From assembly GCA_965199955.1 (NCBI GenBank), contig CBDATQ010000002.1, positions 864,001 to 928,000 on the forward strand: a stretch of DNA of 64,000 nucleotides, in the 5' to 3' direction. The notes under the pieces were generated by a model. The model saw nothing but the letters and a program-made list of their open reading frames with translations, had not been told where the DNA came from and did no database searches. The stretch is from Spirochaetia bacterium (GTDB lineage Bacteria > Spirochaetota > Spirochaetia > SZUA-6 > Bin103). Both the position numbers and the translations under genes were made by a program. The stretch's first letter is position 1; each line of letters starts with the position of its first letter. Below, in pieces: positions 40,331 to 49,595 of this stretch.

Positions 40331-40586
40331 CTCGCTGCAAGTGGGCACCGGCTTACTTGTCATGATTCGTCTATCATCTTATTGGATCCTGCAGCCTTGA
40401 CCCAGTCGTCGTCAACGTGCAGAGCTTGAGATGGCCAAATGAGTGCAGGTTCTTTTTTAGAACGAACCTCCAGTCTGAGTACGGAATAACACGCCTTCGA
40501 CTCGTCGCGATTGGTGAAAGCACAGTGGCGCTCTCTACCCGTGATCGGTGCGGGCCCATCATTGGCCTTGGAGCGAGCGGTTCGGC

Positions 40587-42074
40587 ATGAGCGCTCGCGC
40601 GATCATGATCCAGGGGACTGCGTCCGACGCGGGGAAGTCGGTGGTGGTGGCAGGGCTGTGTCGGGCGGCGAGGCGGCGGGGCATTCGGGTCGCGCCGTTC
40701 AAGCCGCAGAACATGTCGAACAACGCCGCGGCCTGCGAGGACGGGGGCGAGATCGGGCGGGCGCAGGCGGTGCAGGCGCGGGCGGCCGGGCTTGCGCCGC
40801 GGACGGACTTCAATCCGGTGCTGCTGAAGCCGCAGACCGACCGCGGCTCGCAGGTGCTCGTGCATGGGCGGCCGGTGGGGATGCTGCACGCGTCCGACTA
40901 CCGGACGGGGCGCGCTCGGCTGATGGACGCGGTCATGGAGAGCTTCGGGCGGCTGGTTGGCGAGTTCGATCTGGTGATCGTGGAGGGCGCGGGCAGCCCG
41001 GCGGAGGTCAACCTGCGCGCCGGCGACATCGCCAACATGGGGTTCGCGCGGCGGGCGGAGGCGCCGGTCTGCCTGGTCGGGGACATCGACCGCGGCGGGG
41101 TGATCGCGTCCGTGGTGGGGACCGGGGCGGTGCTGGACGCCGAGGATCGGGCGCTGATCGCTGGGTTCCTGATCAACAAGCTGCGCGGCGACCCGGCGCT
41201 GTTCGAGGACGGCGTGCGCATCATCGAGCGGCATACCGGCTGGCCCTGTTTCGGGGTGATTCCGTGGGAGCCGGCGGCGCTGCTCCTGCCGGCCGAGGAT
41301 GCCGCGTCTCTGCCGCCGGCAGGCGTCTCACGGGGCGGGCGGGTGAAGGTCGCCGCGCCGGTGCTGTCGCGCATGGCGAACTACGACGACGCCGATCCGT
41401 TGCGCCTGGAGCCGGACGTGGAGTTCGCGTTCGTGCCGGCTGGCCAGCCGATCCCGCGCGACGCCGACGTGGTGCTGCTGTTCGGCACCAAGTCGACGAT
41501 CGGCGACTTGGCGTTCCTGCGGGAGCAGGGGTGGGACCACGACATCCTGGCGCACGCGCGGGCCGGCGGGCGCGTGGTGGGCGTGTGCGGGGGCCTGCAA
41601 ATGCTGGGTCGGCGCGTGCACGACCCGGCGGGGGTGGACGGGCCGGCCGGGTCGGCCGACGGGCTGGGGCTGCTCGCCGTGGAGACGACCATGCATGCCG
41701 AGAAGACGGTCCGCCCGGCGCGGGGGCGATGCGCGCTGAGCGATGCTCCGGTGGCGGGCTACGAGATCCATACGGGACGCTCGGCCGGCGCGGGTCTGGC
41801 GCGGCCGATGTTCCACCTGGAGTCGGGCGCGGACGGGGCGCGCAGCGCGGACGGACTGGTCGAGGGGACCTACCTGCACGGGCTCTTCGCGAACGACGCG
41901 TATCGGCGCGCGTGGCTGGAGCGTGTCGGGACGGGCGCCGACTCATCCCTGCAGTACGAGGCGACCGTGGATGCGGCCCTGGACGCGGTGGCGGACACGC
42001 TGTCCGCGGCGGTCGACCTGGATGCGCTGTTCGGGGCGGCGCGCCGGCCGAACGTTGCTACCGGCCCAACGTGA
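40587..42074 (+). CDS. cobQ: Cobyric acid synthase
   Basis: QGTASDAGKS, PFKPQNMSNN, EGAGSPAEVNL, GDIDRGG, GVCGGLQMLG, GTYLHG. Confidence 0.95.
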   Translation: MSARAIMIQGTASDAGKSVVVAGLCRAARRRGIRVAPFKPQNMSNNAAACEDGGEIGRAQAVQARAAGLAPRTDFNPVLLKPQTDRGSQVLVHGRPVGMLHASDYRTGRARLMDAVMESFGRLVGEFDLVIVEGAGSPAEVNLRAGDIANMGFARRAEAPVCLVGDIDRGGVIASVVGTGAVLDAEDRALIAGFLINKLRGDPALFEDGVRIIERHTGWPCFGVIPWEPAALLLPAEDAASLPPAGVSRGGRVKVAAPVLSRMANYDDADPLRLEPDVEFAFVPAGQPIPRDADVVLLFGTKSTIGDLAFLREQGWDHDILAHARAGGRVVGVCGGLQMLGRRVHDPAGVDGPAGSADGLGLLAVETTMHAEKTVRPARGRCALSDAPVAGYEIHTGRSAGAGLARPMFHLESGADGARSADGLVEGTYLHGLFANDAYRRAWLERVGTGADSSLQYEATVDAALDAVADTLSAAVDLDALFGAARRPNVATGPT

Positions 42075-42621
42075 GCGGCTGCGCGTTCAGGGCGTTCAGC
42101 TCCAGGGCCAGCCCGGCGACCATGAGGTAGACGCGGCCGGCGCGGGCGGCGGTGAGCCGGTTCACACGGCCGAGCGCGTCGCGGTACGCGCGTCCGAGTG
42201 GCGAGGGCGGCACGACGCCCAGGCCGACCTCGTTGCTGATCACGATCCAGGTGGCCGTGGAGTTCTCGACCAGGTCCAGCAGTCTTCCAGCGGCATCGAG
42301 GATCAGCTCCTCGGCGCCGGGGTCATCCTCATGTCGAAGGAGCAGGTTGCTGACCCACAGGGTGAGGCAGTCGAGCACTACCGTGTCGTAGCGGTTCAGG
42401 ATCGGCGCGGCCCTGCCGGCCGGGTCGAGCGGCTCTTCCAGGGTGTCCCACCCGCTCGGCCGGCGCTCGCGGTGGGCGGCGATGCGGCGGGCCATGTCCT
42501 CATCCAGTGCCTCTGCCGTGGCGATGAACAGCACGCGGCGGCCGGCCTGCGCGATCCGTTCCGCGGCGGCGCTCTTGCCGGAGCGGGCGCCGCCGAGCAG
42601 CAGGATGAGCTCGCCGTTCAA
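42058..42621 (-). CDS. cobU: Adenosylcobinamide kinase / cobinamide-phosphate guanylyltransferase
   Basis: GGARSGKS, RIAAHRERR, DCLTLWVSN, SNEVGLG; TTG start overlapping the cobC stop. Confidence 0.93.
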   Translation of the reverse strand: MNGELILLLGGARSGKSAAAERIAQAGRRVLFIATAEALDEDMARRIAAHRERRPSGWDTLEEPLDPAGRAAPILNRYDTVVLDCLTLWVSNLLLRHEDDPGAEELILDAAGRLLDLVENSTATWIVISNEVGLGVVPPSPLGRAYRDALGRVNRLTAARAGRVYLMVAGLALELNALNAQPLTLGR

Positions 42622-43241
42622 GGCGCGGTTCCGAGGTGCGTGGTGTCGTTCAGCAGGTTGAGCGCCGCGGAGCCGTCGTCGTAGACGGTGACGGCGGACA
42701 GACCGCAGTTGTCGAACAGGAAGCGCTCCATACTTCGGGACGGCAGTCCCAGCAGGCGCACGATCGCCGCGGACAGCGATCCGCCGTGCGCGATCACCAG
42801 CAGGTCGCCGTCGTCTCCGCCGTGCCGATCCAGCAGGCTGTCCACGCCGGCGGCCACCCGCTCGTACAGTTGCCTCTCGCTCTCGCCTCCCGGAGTCGAG
42901 GCGGTGTCGTCCCCGGTGAACAGCGTTGCGTAGCGCTCCGGGTGGCGCGCCTCCATCTCGGTGAAGGTCAGGCCTTCCCATTCGCCGAAGCCCCGCTCGC
43001 GCAGCGCGGGCAGGGTGACCAGCGGAACGTCCCTGCCGCGCATGATCGGCTCCGCCGTCTGCGTGACGCGCCGCAGGTCGCTCGCGTACACGGCCGTGAA
43101 GGGCATCGGCCGCAGGCGCGCGGCGATCGCCTCTGCCTGCGCCAGTCCCTTGTCGTTGAGCGGCACGTGCATCTGGCCCTGCGCGCGGCCCTCCACGTTC
43201 CAGTCCGTCTCGCCGTGCCGTACCAGAAACCATCTACCCAT
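42618..43241 (-). CDS. cobC: Histidine phosphatase (alpha-ribazole phosphatase)
   Basis: LVRHGETDWN, SDLRR, ERGFGEWEG, AHGG; cob operon context. Confidence 0.8.
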   Translation of the reverse strand: MGRWFLVRHGETDWNVEGRAQGQMHVPLNDKGLAQAEAIAARLRPMPFTAVYASDLRRVTQTAEPIMRGRDVPLVTLPALRERGFGEWEGLTFTEMEARHPERYATLFTGDDTASTPGGESERQLYERVAAGVDSLLDRHGGDDGDLLVIAHGGSLSAAIVRLLGLPSRSMERFLFDNCGLSAVTVYDDGSAALNLLNDTTHLGTAP

Positions 43242-43494
43242 CGCTGTTCGCCATAGCCTCCTGCAGCGCGCCGGCCAGCCGCCGGCAGTCCTCCATGCGC
43301 CGGACGCCGATGCGCACGTGCTCCGGCAGTCCGAACGACGCGCAGTCTCGCACACACACACGCGATGCTCCCGGAGCAGGCGCGGGAGGACCGCCGCGGC
43401 ATCCCACGCGCACCGGCAGAAAGTTGGCGGCGGGCCGGGAAGGGTCCACCGCGTAGTCCCAGGTTGTCCCCAGGCTATCCCCAGAGCAGTCCAC
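43234..43494 (-). pseudogene. cobD: Remnant of PLP-dependent threonine-phosphate decarboxylase (class I/II aminotransferase C-terminus)
   Basis: ANFL..VRDCASFGLPEHVRIGVR; only about 86 codons, no PLP-Lys core, local frameshifts. Confidence 0.7.
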
Positions 43495-44446
43495 GGACGG
43501 CGGTCACTGCCAGCGCCGCGGGCACCGCGAGCACCGCGACGCCGTACGCCAGCCGCGCGGCGGCCGCGACGTCGTGCCAGAACGGGTCGCGGAAACCGCC
43601 GCCGATGCGGTAGTGGCCGGTCTTTTCCAGGGCGACGCCGAGGAGGCCGGCGCAGGCGCCGATCGTCCAGCCGGCGTTGGGACTGGCCGTGCGCCGGTGG
43701 TCGCGAAGGGCGATCCGCCAGCCGCGGCGTGCGGGCAGGCGGTGGAGCGCTCCGGCGGCCAGCATGAGCAACGCCGCGAGGCGCGCCGGCAGCAGGTTGA
43801 CCAGGTCGTCCAGCCGGGCCGAGGCCTTGCCCAGGTGCTCGTAGCGGCCGCGATAGCCGATCATGCTGTCCAGCGTATTCAGGGCCCGGTAGGCGAACGC
43901 GCCCGGCAGGCCGAACAGCGCGAAAGCCAGCCAGGGAGCGACGTAGCTGTCGGTCGTGTTCTCGGCCGCGGACTCGATCGCGGCCATGGCGACCTGCGGA
44001 CCGCCGAGCGCGCTCGCGTCGCGGCTCACCAGGCTGCGCAGGCTGTCGCGCGCACGCTCCAGGTCCCCGCTCTGCAGGGCGTCCCGCGTGCCGGCCACGG
44101 CGCGGCGGAGTCCCTTTACCGCGAACGTGGTCTTCAACAGGGCCGCCGTGCCGAGCAGGTAGGGGAGGGGGCCGGCCGCGCGCAGCGCCGTCGCCGCGAG
44201 CCATGCCAGCGCGCCGCAGGCGGCCGGCACCAGAACGGCTATTCCGAGCCCGGCCGCCAGCGCTGCGGCGGGCCGGTCCGCCGGCGGAGAACGGCGCTCC
44301 AGGAACGCGATCAGTCTGCCCATCCACACGACGGGATGGAGCGCCGCCGGTGGCTCCCGCAACGCCAGGTCGAGCGCCACCGCCAGCAGCAGCGCGCCGG
44401 CATCCAGGCCCCACTCGCCTGGCCATCGGGACAGCGCCATCTCCAT
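43475..44446 (-). CDS. cbiB: Adenosylcobinamide-phosphate synthase
   Basis: HPVVWMG, LVSRD, IESAAENTTD, YRALNTLDSMIGY, SPNAG. Confidence 0.93.
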   Translation of the reverse strand: MEMALSRWPGEWGLDAGALLLAVALDLALREPPAALHPVVWMGRLIAFLERRSPPADRPAAALAAGLGIAVLVPAACGALAWLAATALRAAGPLPYLLGTAALLKTTFAVKGLRRAVAGTRDALQSGDLERARDSLRSLVSRDASALGGPQVAMAAIESAAENTTDSYVAPWLAFALFGLPGAFAYRALNTLDSMIGYRGRYEHLGKASARLDDLVNLLPARLAALLMLAAGALHRLPARRGWRIALRDHRRTASPNAGWTIGACAGLLGVALEKTGHYRIGGGFRDPFWHDVAAAARLAYGVAVLAVPAALAVTAVRGLLWG

Positions 44447-45217
44447 CTATCCCGCGAGCACGAGCACGGCGAGCCCGAGGACGGCCACCTCGGCGATCTC
44501 GTTCACCGCGCCGTAAATGTCCCCAGTCACCCCGCCGAGCAGCCGGGTCGCCCACGCGCCGACGGTCCATGCGACCGCGGCGGCAATCGCCGCCAGGGCC
44601 AGCCCCGGCAGCCCGGTCAGGGCGAGGGCGACTGCGGCCGCGAGCAGCAGGCCGGCCCGCGGGCGTCGGCCATCTTCACTCGCGAACGGTGTGCCGAGCC
44701 CCTCGCGCCGCGCGTACGGGAACCACTCCATCGCCAGCACCATCGCCGCGCGGGAGAGGCAGGGGAACAGGATCAGGACGCCTGTCCGGTATCCGCCCGG
44801 CAGCGCGGTGAGCGCCGCCAGCTTGACCAGCAGCAGGCAGACCACGCCGACCACGGCGAACGCCCCCACGTGGGGATCGCGCAGGATCGCAAGACGCCGC
44901 TCGCGGTCGAAGCCGCCGAGCAGGGCGTCGCAGGTGTCCATGAAGCCGTCCAGATGGAGGGCGCGGGTGAGGGCGGCCAGCGCGGCCAGCAGCAGGGCGC
45001 TGTTCAGAAGCACCGGAAGGTGCAGCGCACGCAGTGCCAGGTCGAGGAAGGCGAGCATTGCCCCCAGCAGCAGGCCGACCGCCGGGAACCAGGCAGCGGC
45101 GTGCGCGAGCGAGCCGGCCGCATCGGGAGGCGAGGCCGCGTCACGCGGTGAGACCGGCAGGATGGTCAGGAAGCCGATCGCGGCTCTGAATGAGGCCAGC
45201 AATCGAGGGGGTCTCAT
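44447..45217 (-). CDS. cobS: Adenosylcobinamide-GDP ribazoletransferase
   Basis: FLTILP, LHLDGFMDTCD, RDPHVGAF, GGVTGDIYGA. Confidence 0.93.
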   Translation of the reverse strand: MRPPRLLASFRAAIGFLTILPVSPRDAASPPDAAGSLAHAAAWFPAVGLLLGAMLAFLDLALRALHLPVLLNSALLLAALAALTRALHLDGFMDTCDALLGGFDRERRLAILRDPHVGAFAVVGVVCLLLVKLAALTALPGGYRTGVLILFPCLSRAAMVLAMEWFPYARREGLGTPFASEDGRRPRAGLLLAAAVALALTGLPGLALAAIAAAVAWTVGAWATRLLGGVTGDIYGAVNEIAEVAVLGLAVLVLAG

Positions 45218-46269
45218 CTTGAATCCGAGACGCCGGCCTCCGCGAAGGTGGCCATCTCCGCCAGGCACGCGGCCGCGGCCCTGACGATGGGCAGGGCCAG
45301 CAGGGCGCCGGTACCCTCACCCAGCCGCATCTCCAGGTCGAGCAGTGGGTCGAGGCCCAGGTGCGCGAGCACCGCGCGATGGCCCGGCTCGGCGGAGCGG
45401 TGGGCGGCGATCAGGTAGTCGCGCGCGGCCCCGCACAGGCCGCAGGCGAGCAGGGCGGCTGCCCCGGAGATGAAGCCGTCCAGCACCACAGTGCGGCCCC
45501 GGCAGGCGGCGCCCAGCACCACGCCGGCCAGCACGCCGATCTCGAAACCGCCCACCTTCGCCAGCACGCCGAGCGGGTCGCCTCGATCGGGATCGTTGCA
45601 CTCCAGCGCCCGGCGCACCACCTCCACCTTGCGGCGCAGCTCCTCCGGCGTGCGGCCGGTGCCCGGGCCGGTGGTGTGCTCCGGCGCGGTGCCGGTCATC
45701 GCGGCGGTGATGGCGCTGGCCGCGGTGGTGTTGCCGATTCCCATGTCGCCGGTGGCGATCAGGTCCACTCCCGCGTCTGCCGCCTCGGCGGCGAGGTCCG
45801 CGCCTGCTTGCAGGCAGCGCTGCGCCTGCTCCCTTGACATCGCCGGGCCGCGGCCGATGTCGCCGGTGCCGCGTCCGGCACGCACCGAGCGAAGGTCCGG
45901 ATGATCCGGCAGGGCGTCCGCGGCGATGCCGGCGTCGGCGACGATCTGCCGCACGCCGAACAGGCGCGCCATGACGCTGACCGCGGCGCCGCCGGCCAGG
46001 AAGTTGCGCACCATCTGCGCGGTGACCGCCTGCGGATAGCCGGTCACGCCCTGCGCGACCACGCCGTGGTCGCCCGCGGCGACGATCACGGCCGCCCCCC
46101 GGATGGCGGGCCGTTCGGTGCGGTAGATGCCGGCCAGCCGGATCGACACGCGCTCCAGCCGGCCCAGGCTGCCGGGCGGCTTCGTCAGGGTCAGGTGGCG
46201 TGCCTTGGCGCGCCGCATGGCGGCGGCGTCCGCCGGCTCGATGCGCGTGACGGTCTCGGCCAGCGTCAT
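45214..46269 (-). CDS. cobT: Nicotinate-nucleotide-dimethylbenzimidazole phosphoribosyltransferase
   Basis: LTKPPGSLGRLE, GDMGIGNTT, VGGFE, SAEPGH, MRLGEGTGA. Confidence 0.95.
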   Translation of the reverse strand: MTLAETVTRIEPADAAAMRRAKARHLTLTKPPGSLGRLERVSIRLAGIYRTERPAIRGAAVIVAAGDHGVVAQGVTGYPQAVTAQMVRNFLAGGAAVSVMARLFGVRQIVADAGIAADALPDHPDLRSVRAGRGTGDIGRGPAMSREQAQRCLQAGADLAAEAADAGVDLIATGDMGIGNTTAASAITAAMTGTAPEHTTGPGTGRTPEELRRKVEVVRRALECNDPDRGDPLGVLAKVGGFEIGVLAGVVLGAACRGRTVVLDGFISGAAALLACGLCGAARDYLIAAHRSAEPGHRAVLAHLGLDPLLDLEMRLGEGTGALLALPIVRAAAACLAEMATFAEAGVSDSR

Positions 46270-46282
46270 GGCTCGGCCATCG

Positions 46283-47122
46283 TCATCGCTCGGAACGGGA
46301 CGCCGTGGGGCCCATCAGGCGGACGTGCGGCATGCCCGTGTCGCTCTCGTGCTCGACCACCGCCTCCACGCCGAACACTTCGCGGAAGCGCTGCAACGTG
46401 AACACCTCGGCCGGGGTGCCCTCGGCCACGACCTCGCCGTCCGAGATCAACGTCAGCCGGTCGCAGTAGCGGCTGGCCAGCCACACGTCGTGCAGGGCCA
46501 CCACCGCCGCGACCTCGCCGCCCGCTACCTCGGAGCGGAGCGTCTCCATCGCCGTAAGCTGGTGCCGGAGGTCGAGGCTGGCCACCGGTTCGTCGAGCAG
46601 CAGGACACGTCCCTGCTGTGCGAGCGCCCGCGCCAGCAGCACCCGCTGGCGCTCGCCGCCGGAGATGCGGTCGAGCTGGCGGTGCTCGAAACGCTCGGTC
46701 TCGGTGCGGGCCATGGCCACCCGCGCGATCCGCCGGTCGTCGGCTCCCTCCAGCGCGAAGCGGCTCAGGTGCGGGTAGCGCGCCATCAGCACCGTCTCCA
46801 GCGCCGTGAAGGGGTGGGCGGCCTCGTGCTGCGGGAGGTAGGCGACCTGCCGCGCGCGATCCCGCGCCGGGAGCTCGGACAGGTCGGCCGCTCCCAGCCA
46901 TATCGACCCGCCGTCGGGGCGCAGCACGCCGGCCATCACCCGCAACAGCGTGCTCTTGCCGGCGCCGTTCGGGCCCACCAGTCCCGTCACCTGGCCCGCG
47001 AACGCCGCGAACGATACCGAGCGGAGCACGGGGGTCCCGCCGAGATGCAGAGAAACCTCGTGCGCCGCCAGTGCGACCTCGCTCGCGGCCGTGGCGGAAT
47101 CGGGTCGCGGACCCAGGGTCAC
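46283..47122 (-). CDS. btuD: Corrinoid ABC transporter ATP-binding protein (BtuD-like)
   Basis: GPNGAGKST, SGGERQR, LLDEP; riboswitch-controlled operon. Confidence 0.85.
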   Translation of the reverse strand: MTLGPRPDSATAASEVALAAHEVSLHLGGTPVLRSVSFAAFAGQVTGLVGPNGAGKSTLLRVMAGVLRPDGGSIWLGAADLSELPARDRARQVAYLPQHEAAHPFTALETVLMARYPHLSRFALEGADDRRIARVAMARTETERFEHRQLDRISGGERQRVLLARALAQQGRVLLLDEPVASLDLRHQLTAMETLRSEVAGGEVAAVVALHDVWLASRYCDRLTLISDGEVVAEGTPAEVFTLQRFREVFGVEAVVEHESDTGMPHVRLMGPTASRSER

Positions 47123-48138
47123 GACCCTCCGTAGGGCTCGAAGTCGCCGAAGGTCACGTCCCCGAACCGGTCCGGGTAGAGCAGCCGCGCCGTCTCCTCG
47201 ATGCCGCGCACGTTCCAGTGCGACAGCGTCGTGTAGTGGCGGGGATCGGCGAAGATCACCTGTTCGTCCGCGATCGCCGGCACCTCGGCCAGCGCGCGGG
47301 CGTCCAGCAGCTCGTCGCGCAGGTCGGTGCCGCCCGAGTCCGCCGGCTGCGTGATCAGGATCACGTCCGGGTTCATGGCCGCGATCGACTCCACGCTCAC
47401 CGACTGGTGGCCGGCGATGCCGTCGCGGGCGGCCGCGTTGACGCCGCCGGCCGTCTCGATGATGCCGCCTTCGGTCGAGCCTTCGCCGGCCGCGCTGGTG
47501 GTCTCTCCCCAGCGGGCGATGGACAGCACCGCGGGCCGGGACGGGTCGCCGGGCGCGGGTACCCGATCGGTGACCACGGCCAGGCGGCGCTCGATCTCGG
47601 CGACCAGCTCCAGGGCGCGTTCCTCGACCCCGAGCAGGTAGCCGAGCAGCAGGATGTTGGGAATGTTGCCCGCGGCCGAGCTCTCCAGCGCGGAGCGGAC
47701 GACCGGTACGCCGGCCTCCTTGATCAGGGCGACCAGGTCCGCGTTGGTGTACTTGGAGACCACGACGATGTCGGGCTTGGCGGCCAGCACGTTCTCGACG
47801 CCGCGCTTGACGGTGTGCATGTCGGCCACCTGGTCGGCGACGTTGGAGTAGGTCGGGTCCGCCGTGAACGGCCCAACCCCCGCGAAGCGGTCGCGCGAGA
47901 CTATGGCGAGCAGCATCTCGTCGTGACCGAGGGACAGGGCCAGGATCCGCTGTGGCGGCGCCTCCAGGCTGACCACGCCTTCGGTGGTCTCGACCGCCCG
48001 CGGCCAGCCGCGGTTCGCCACGTCGACGATGCCCGGCACCGCCGGGTAGTCGGGCGGCGTCTGCGCGGCCGCGTCCAGTGCGAACGCCGCCAGCAGTCCG
48101 GCGGCGGCGATCCGTACGATCTTCCTCAAGGTATCCAT
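47119..48138 (-). CDS. btuF: Corrinoid ABC transporter substrate-binding protein (BtuF-like)
   Basis: Signal peptide, PQRILAL, ENVLAAKPD, AGGVN, ESIAAMNPD; GGAGG SD. Confidence 0.82.
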   Translation of the reverse strand: MDTLRKIVRIAAAGLLAAFALDAAAQTPPDYPAVPGIVDVANRGWPRAVETTEGVVSLEAPPQRILALSLGHDEMLLAIVSRDRFAGVGPFTADPTYSNVADQVADMHTVKRGVENVLAAKPDIVVVSKYTNADLVALIKEAGVPVVRSALESSAAGNIPNILLLGYLLGVEERALELVAEIERRLAVVTDRVPAPGDPSRPAVLSIARWGETTSAAGEGSTEGGIIETAGGVNAAARDGIAGHQSVSVESIAAMNPDVILITQPADSGGTDLRDELLDARALAEVPAIADEQVIFADPRHYTTLSHWNVRGIEETARLLYPDRFGDVTFGDFEPYGGS

Positions 48139-48165
48139 GATTCCTCCATGCATGGTTTGGGTTCG

Positions 48166-49242
48166 CTACAGCAGTCCTGCCCGCGCCTTGTGGCGGGCCA
48201 GCAGGAACAGAAAGAACGGCGCTCCGACCAGAGCGGTGATGATGCCGACGCGCACCTCGGCCGGCGCCACGGCCAGCCGGGCGACGGTGTCGGCCGCGAG
48301 CAGGAACACCGCGCCGCCGAGCGCGCTCAGCGGGACCAGCACGCGGTGGTCGGCGCCGGTGATGAGCCGCAGTGCATGCGGGACGATCAGCCCCACGAAC
48401 GCGATCGTGCCGGAGAACGCCACCGCCGTGCCGGTGATCAGCGACGCGGCCAGCAGCAGGACGGTGCGGGTCAGCGCCACGCGGACGCCGAGCGCGCGCG
48501 CTTCCTCCTCGCCGACCATGAGCAGGTTCAGGTCGCGCGACAGCAGCACCGCGACTGCCAGGCCGGCCAGCACGAGCGGCGCGGCCAGCCGCACGTGCGT
48601 CCAGCGCGACGCGTCCAGGCCGCCGGCGAGCCAGAAGATCATCTCGCGCTGCGCGCTCAGATCGGCGGTGAACAGCACGATGGCGGAGATGATCGCGGCC
48701 AGGAACGCGCTCACCGCCACGCCGGACAGCAGCAACGCCGCCATCGAGAAGCGGCCGCCGGCCGAGGCGACCGCGAACACCAGCGCCAGGGCGCCGGCGG
48801 CACCCGCGAATGCCATGGCGGGCAGCGCCAGCGGCGTAGCCGCCTGCGCCCCCAGGGCGATCGCCACCACCGCGCCCAGCGCGCCGCCGGTGGACACGCC
48901 GATGATGCCGGGGTCTGCCATCGGGTTGCGGAACAGTCCCTGCATCACGGCGCCGGCCACGCCCAGGGCGGCGCCGACGATCAGCGCCAGGGTGATGCGC
49001 GACAGCCGGATCGACTCGACGATGGCGCGCTCGGCGTCGGTGGCATCCAGGATGCGGATGCCGATCTGCTCCAGCAGGATGGCGGCGGTGTGGGAGAGCG
49101 GGATGGCGTACGGGCCGACAGCGGCGGCCGTGACGATCAGGGCCGCGGCGACGGCGGCCAGCAACGCGCCGCCGCCCGCCAGCCGCGCGACGACCGGCGA
49201 CCGTGATCCGTTCGGCGAGCGAATCGCCTCTTTTCCCCGCAC
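48166..49242 (-). CDS. btuC: Corrinoid ABC transporter permease (BtuC/FecCD)
   Basis: QGLFRNPMADPGIIG, GEEEARALG, GTIAFVGLIVPH; AAGGAG SD before GTG 49242. Confidence 0.88.
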   Translation of the reverse strand: MRGKEAIRSPNGSRSPVVARLAGGGALLAAVAAALIVTAAAVGPYAIPLSHTAAILLEQIGIRILDATDAERAIVESIRLSRITLALIVGAALGVAGAVMQGLFRNPMADPGIIGVSTGGALGAVVAIALGAQAATPLALPAMAFAGAAGALALVFAVASAGGRFSMAALLLSGVAVSAFLAAIISAIVLFTADLSAQREMIFWLAGGLDASRWTHVRLAAPLVLAGLAVAVLLSRDLNLLMVGEEEARALGVRVALTRTVLLLAASLITGTAVAFSGTIAFVGLIVPHALRLITGADHRVLVPLSALGGAVFLLAADTVARLAVAPAEVRVGIITALVGAPFFLFLLARHKARAGLL

Positions 49243-49357
49243 CAGAGCTCCTTTGCCGCTCTGCGCTCGAGGTTCGCCGCCGAAACGGACCTGTCCCGCC
49301 GTGAACCGGGACAAGGCTCGACCTGAGGCGCTCCCTGAGCGGAGAGCGGCCACTCAG

Positions 49358-49531
49358 CCTTGCCCGGCAGGTCTCCTGGCTCCCGGATCATCGCCTGTCC
49401 CGCGCCTTCCCATCCCCGTCCGTGGGGACAGTGGCATCAAGCGGGCGGCTTGCCGGTCACAGTGGCGCCACCGCAGCGGATTCTCACCGCTTTCCCTGTT
49501 CGGCCTTCGTTTCCGAAGGCACCGGGCAAGG
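49358..49531 (-). promoter_or_regulatory. Cobalamin (AdoCbl) riboswitch
   Basis: Minus strand: AACAGGGAAagcGGTGAGAATCCG, GCCACTGT twice, GGGAAGG, B12 box AGCCAGGAGACCTGCC; 10-bp closing stem ccttgcccgg/ccgggcaagg. Confidence 0.95.
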
Positions 49532-49558
49532 TCTGCCTTTCGTGACTGTTCGCGGCTG

Positions 49559-49588
49559 AGCCTAGTGGCCCCGCGCGACCGGTGTCAA
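49559..49588 (-). promoter_or_regulatory. Sigma70-type promoter upstream of the riboswitch
   Basis: TTGACA-18 bp-TAGGCT. Confidence 0.65.
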
Positions 49589-49595
49589 ACGACGG

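Noticed and set aside
43452..43494. Spaced DnaA-box-like words (ttgtcccca, ctatcccca), plus a single ttgtccaca near 58970
   Set aside because: Degenerate and either inside the cob operon or isolated; no AT-rich unwinding element or dnaA, so not oriC
42618..44570. Apparent 650-aa phosphatase fusion
   Set aside because: The upstream part is an alternate frame of cbiB/cobD; the real cobC starts at 43241
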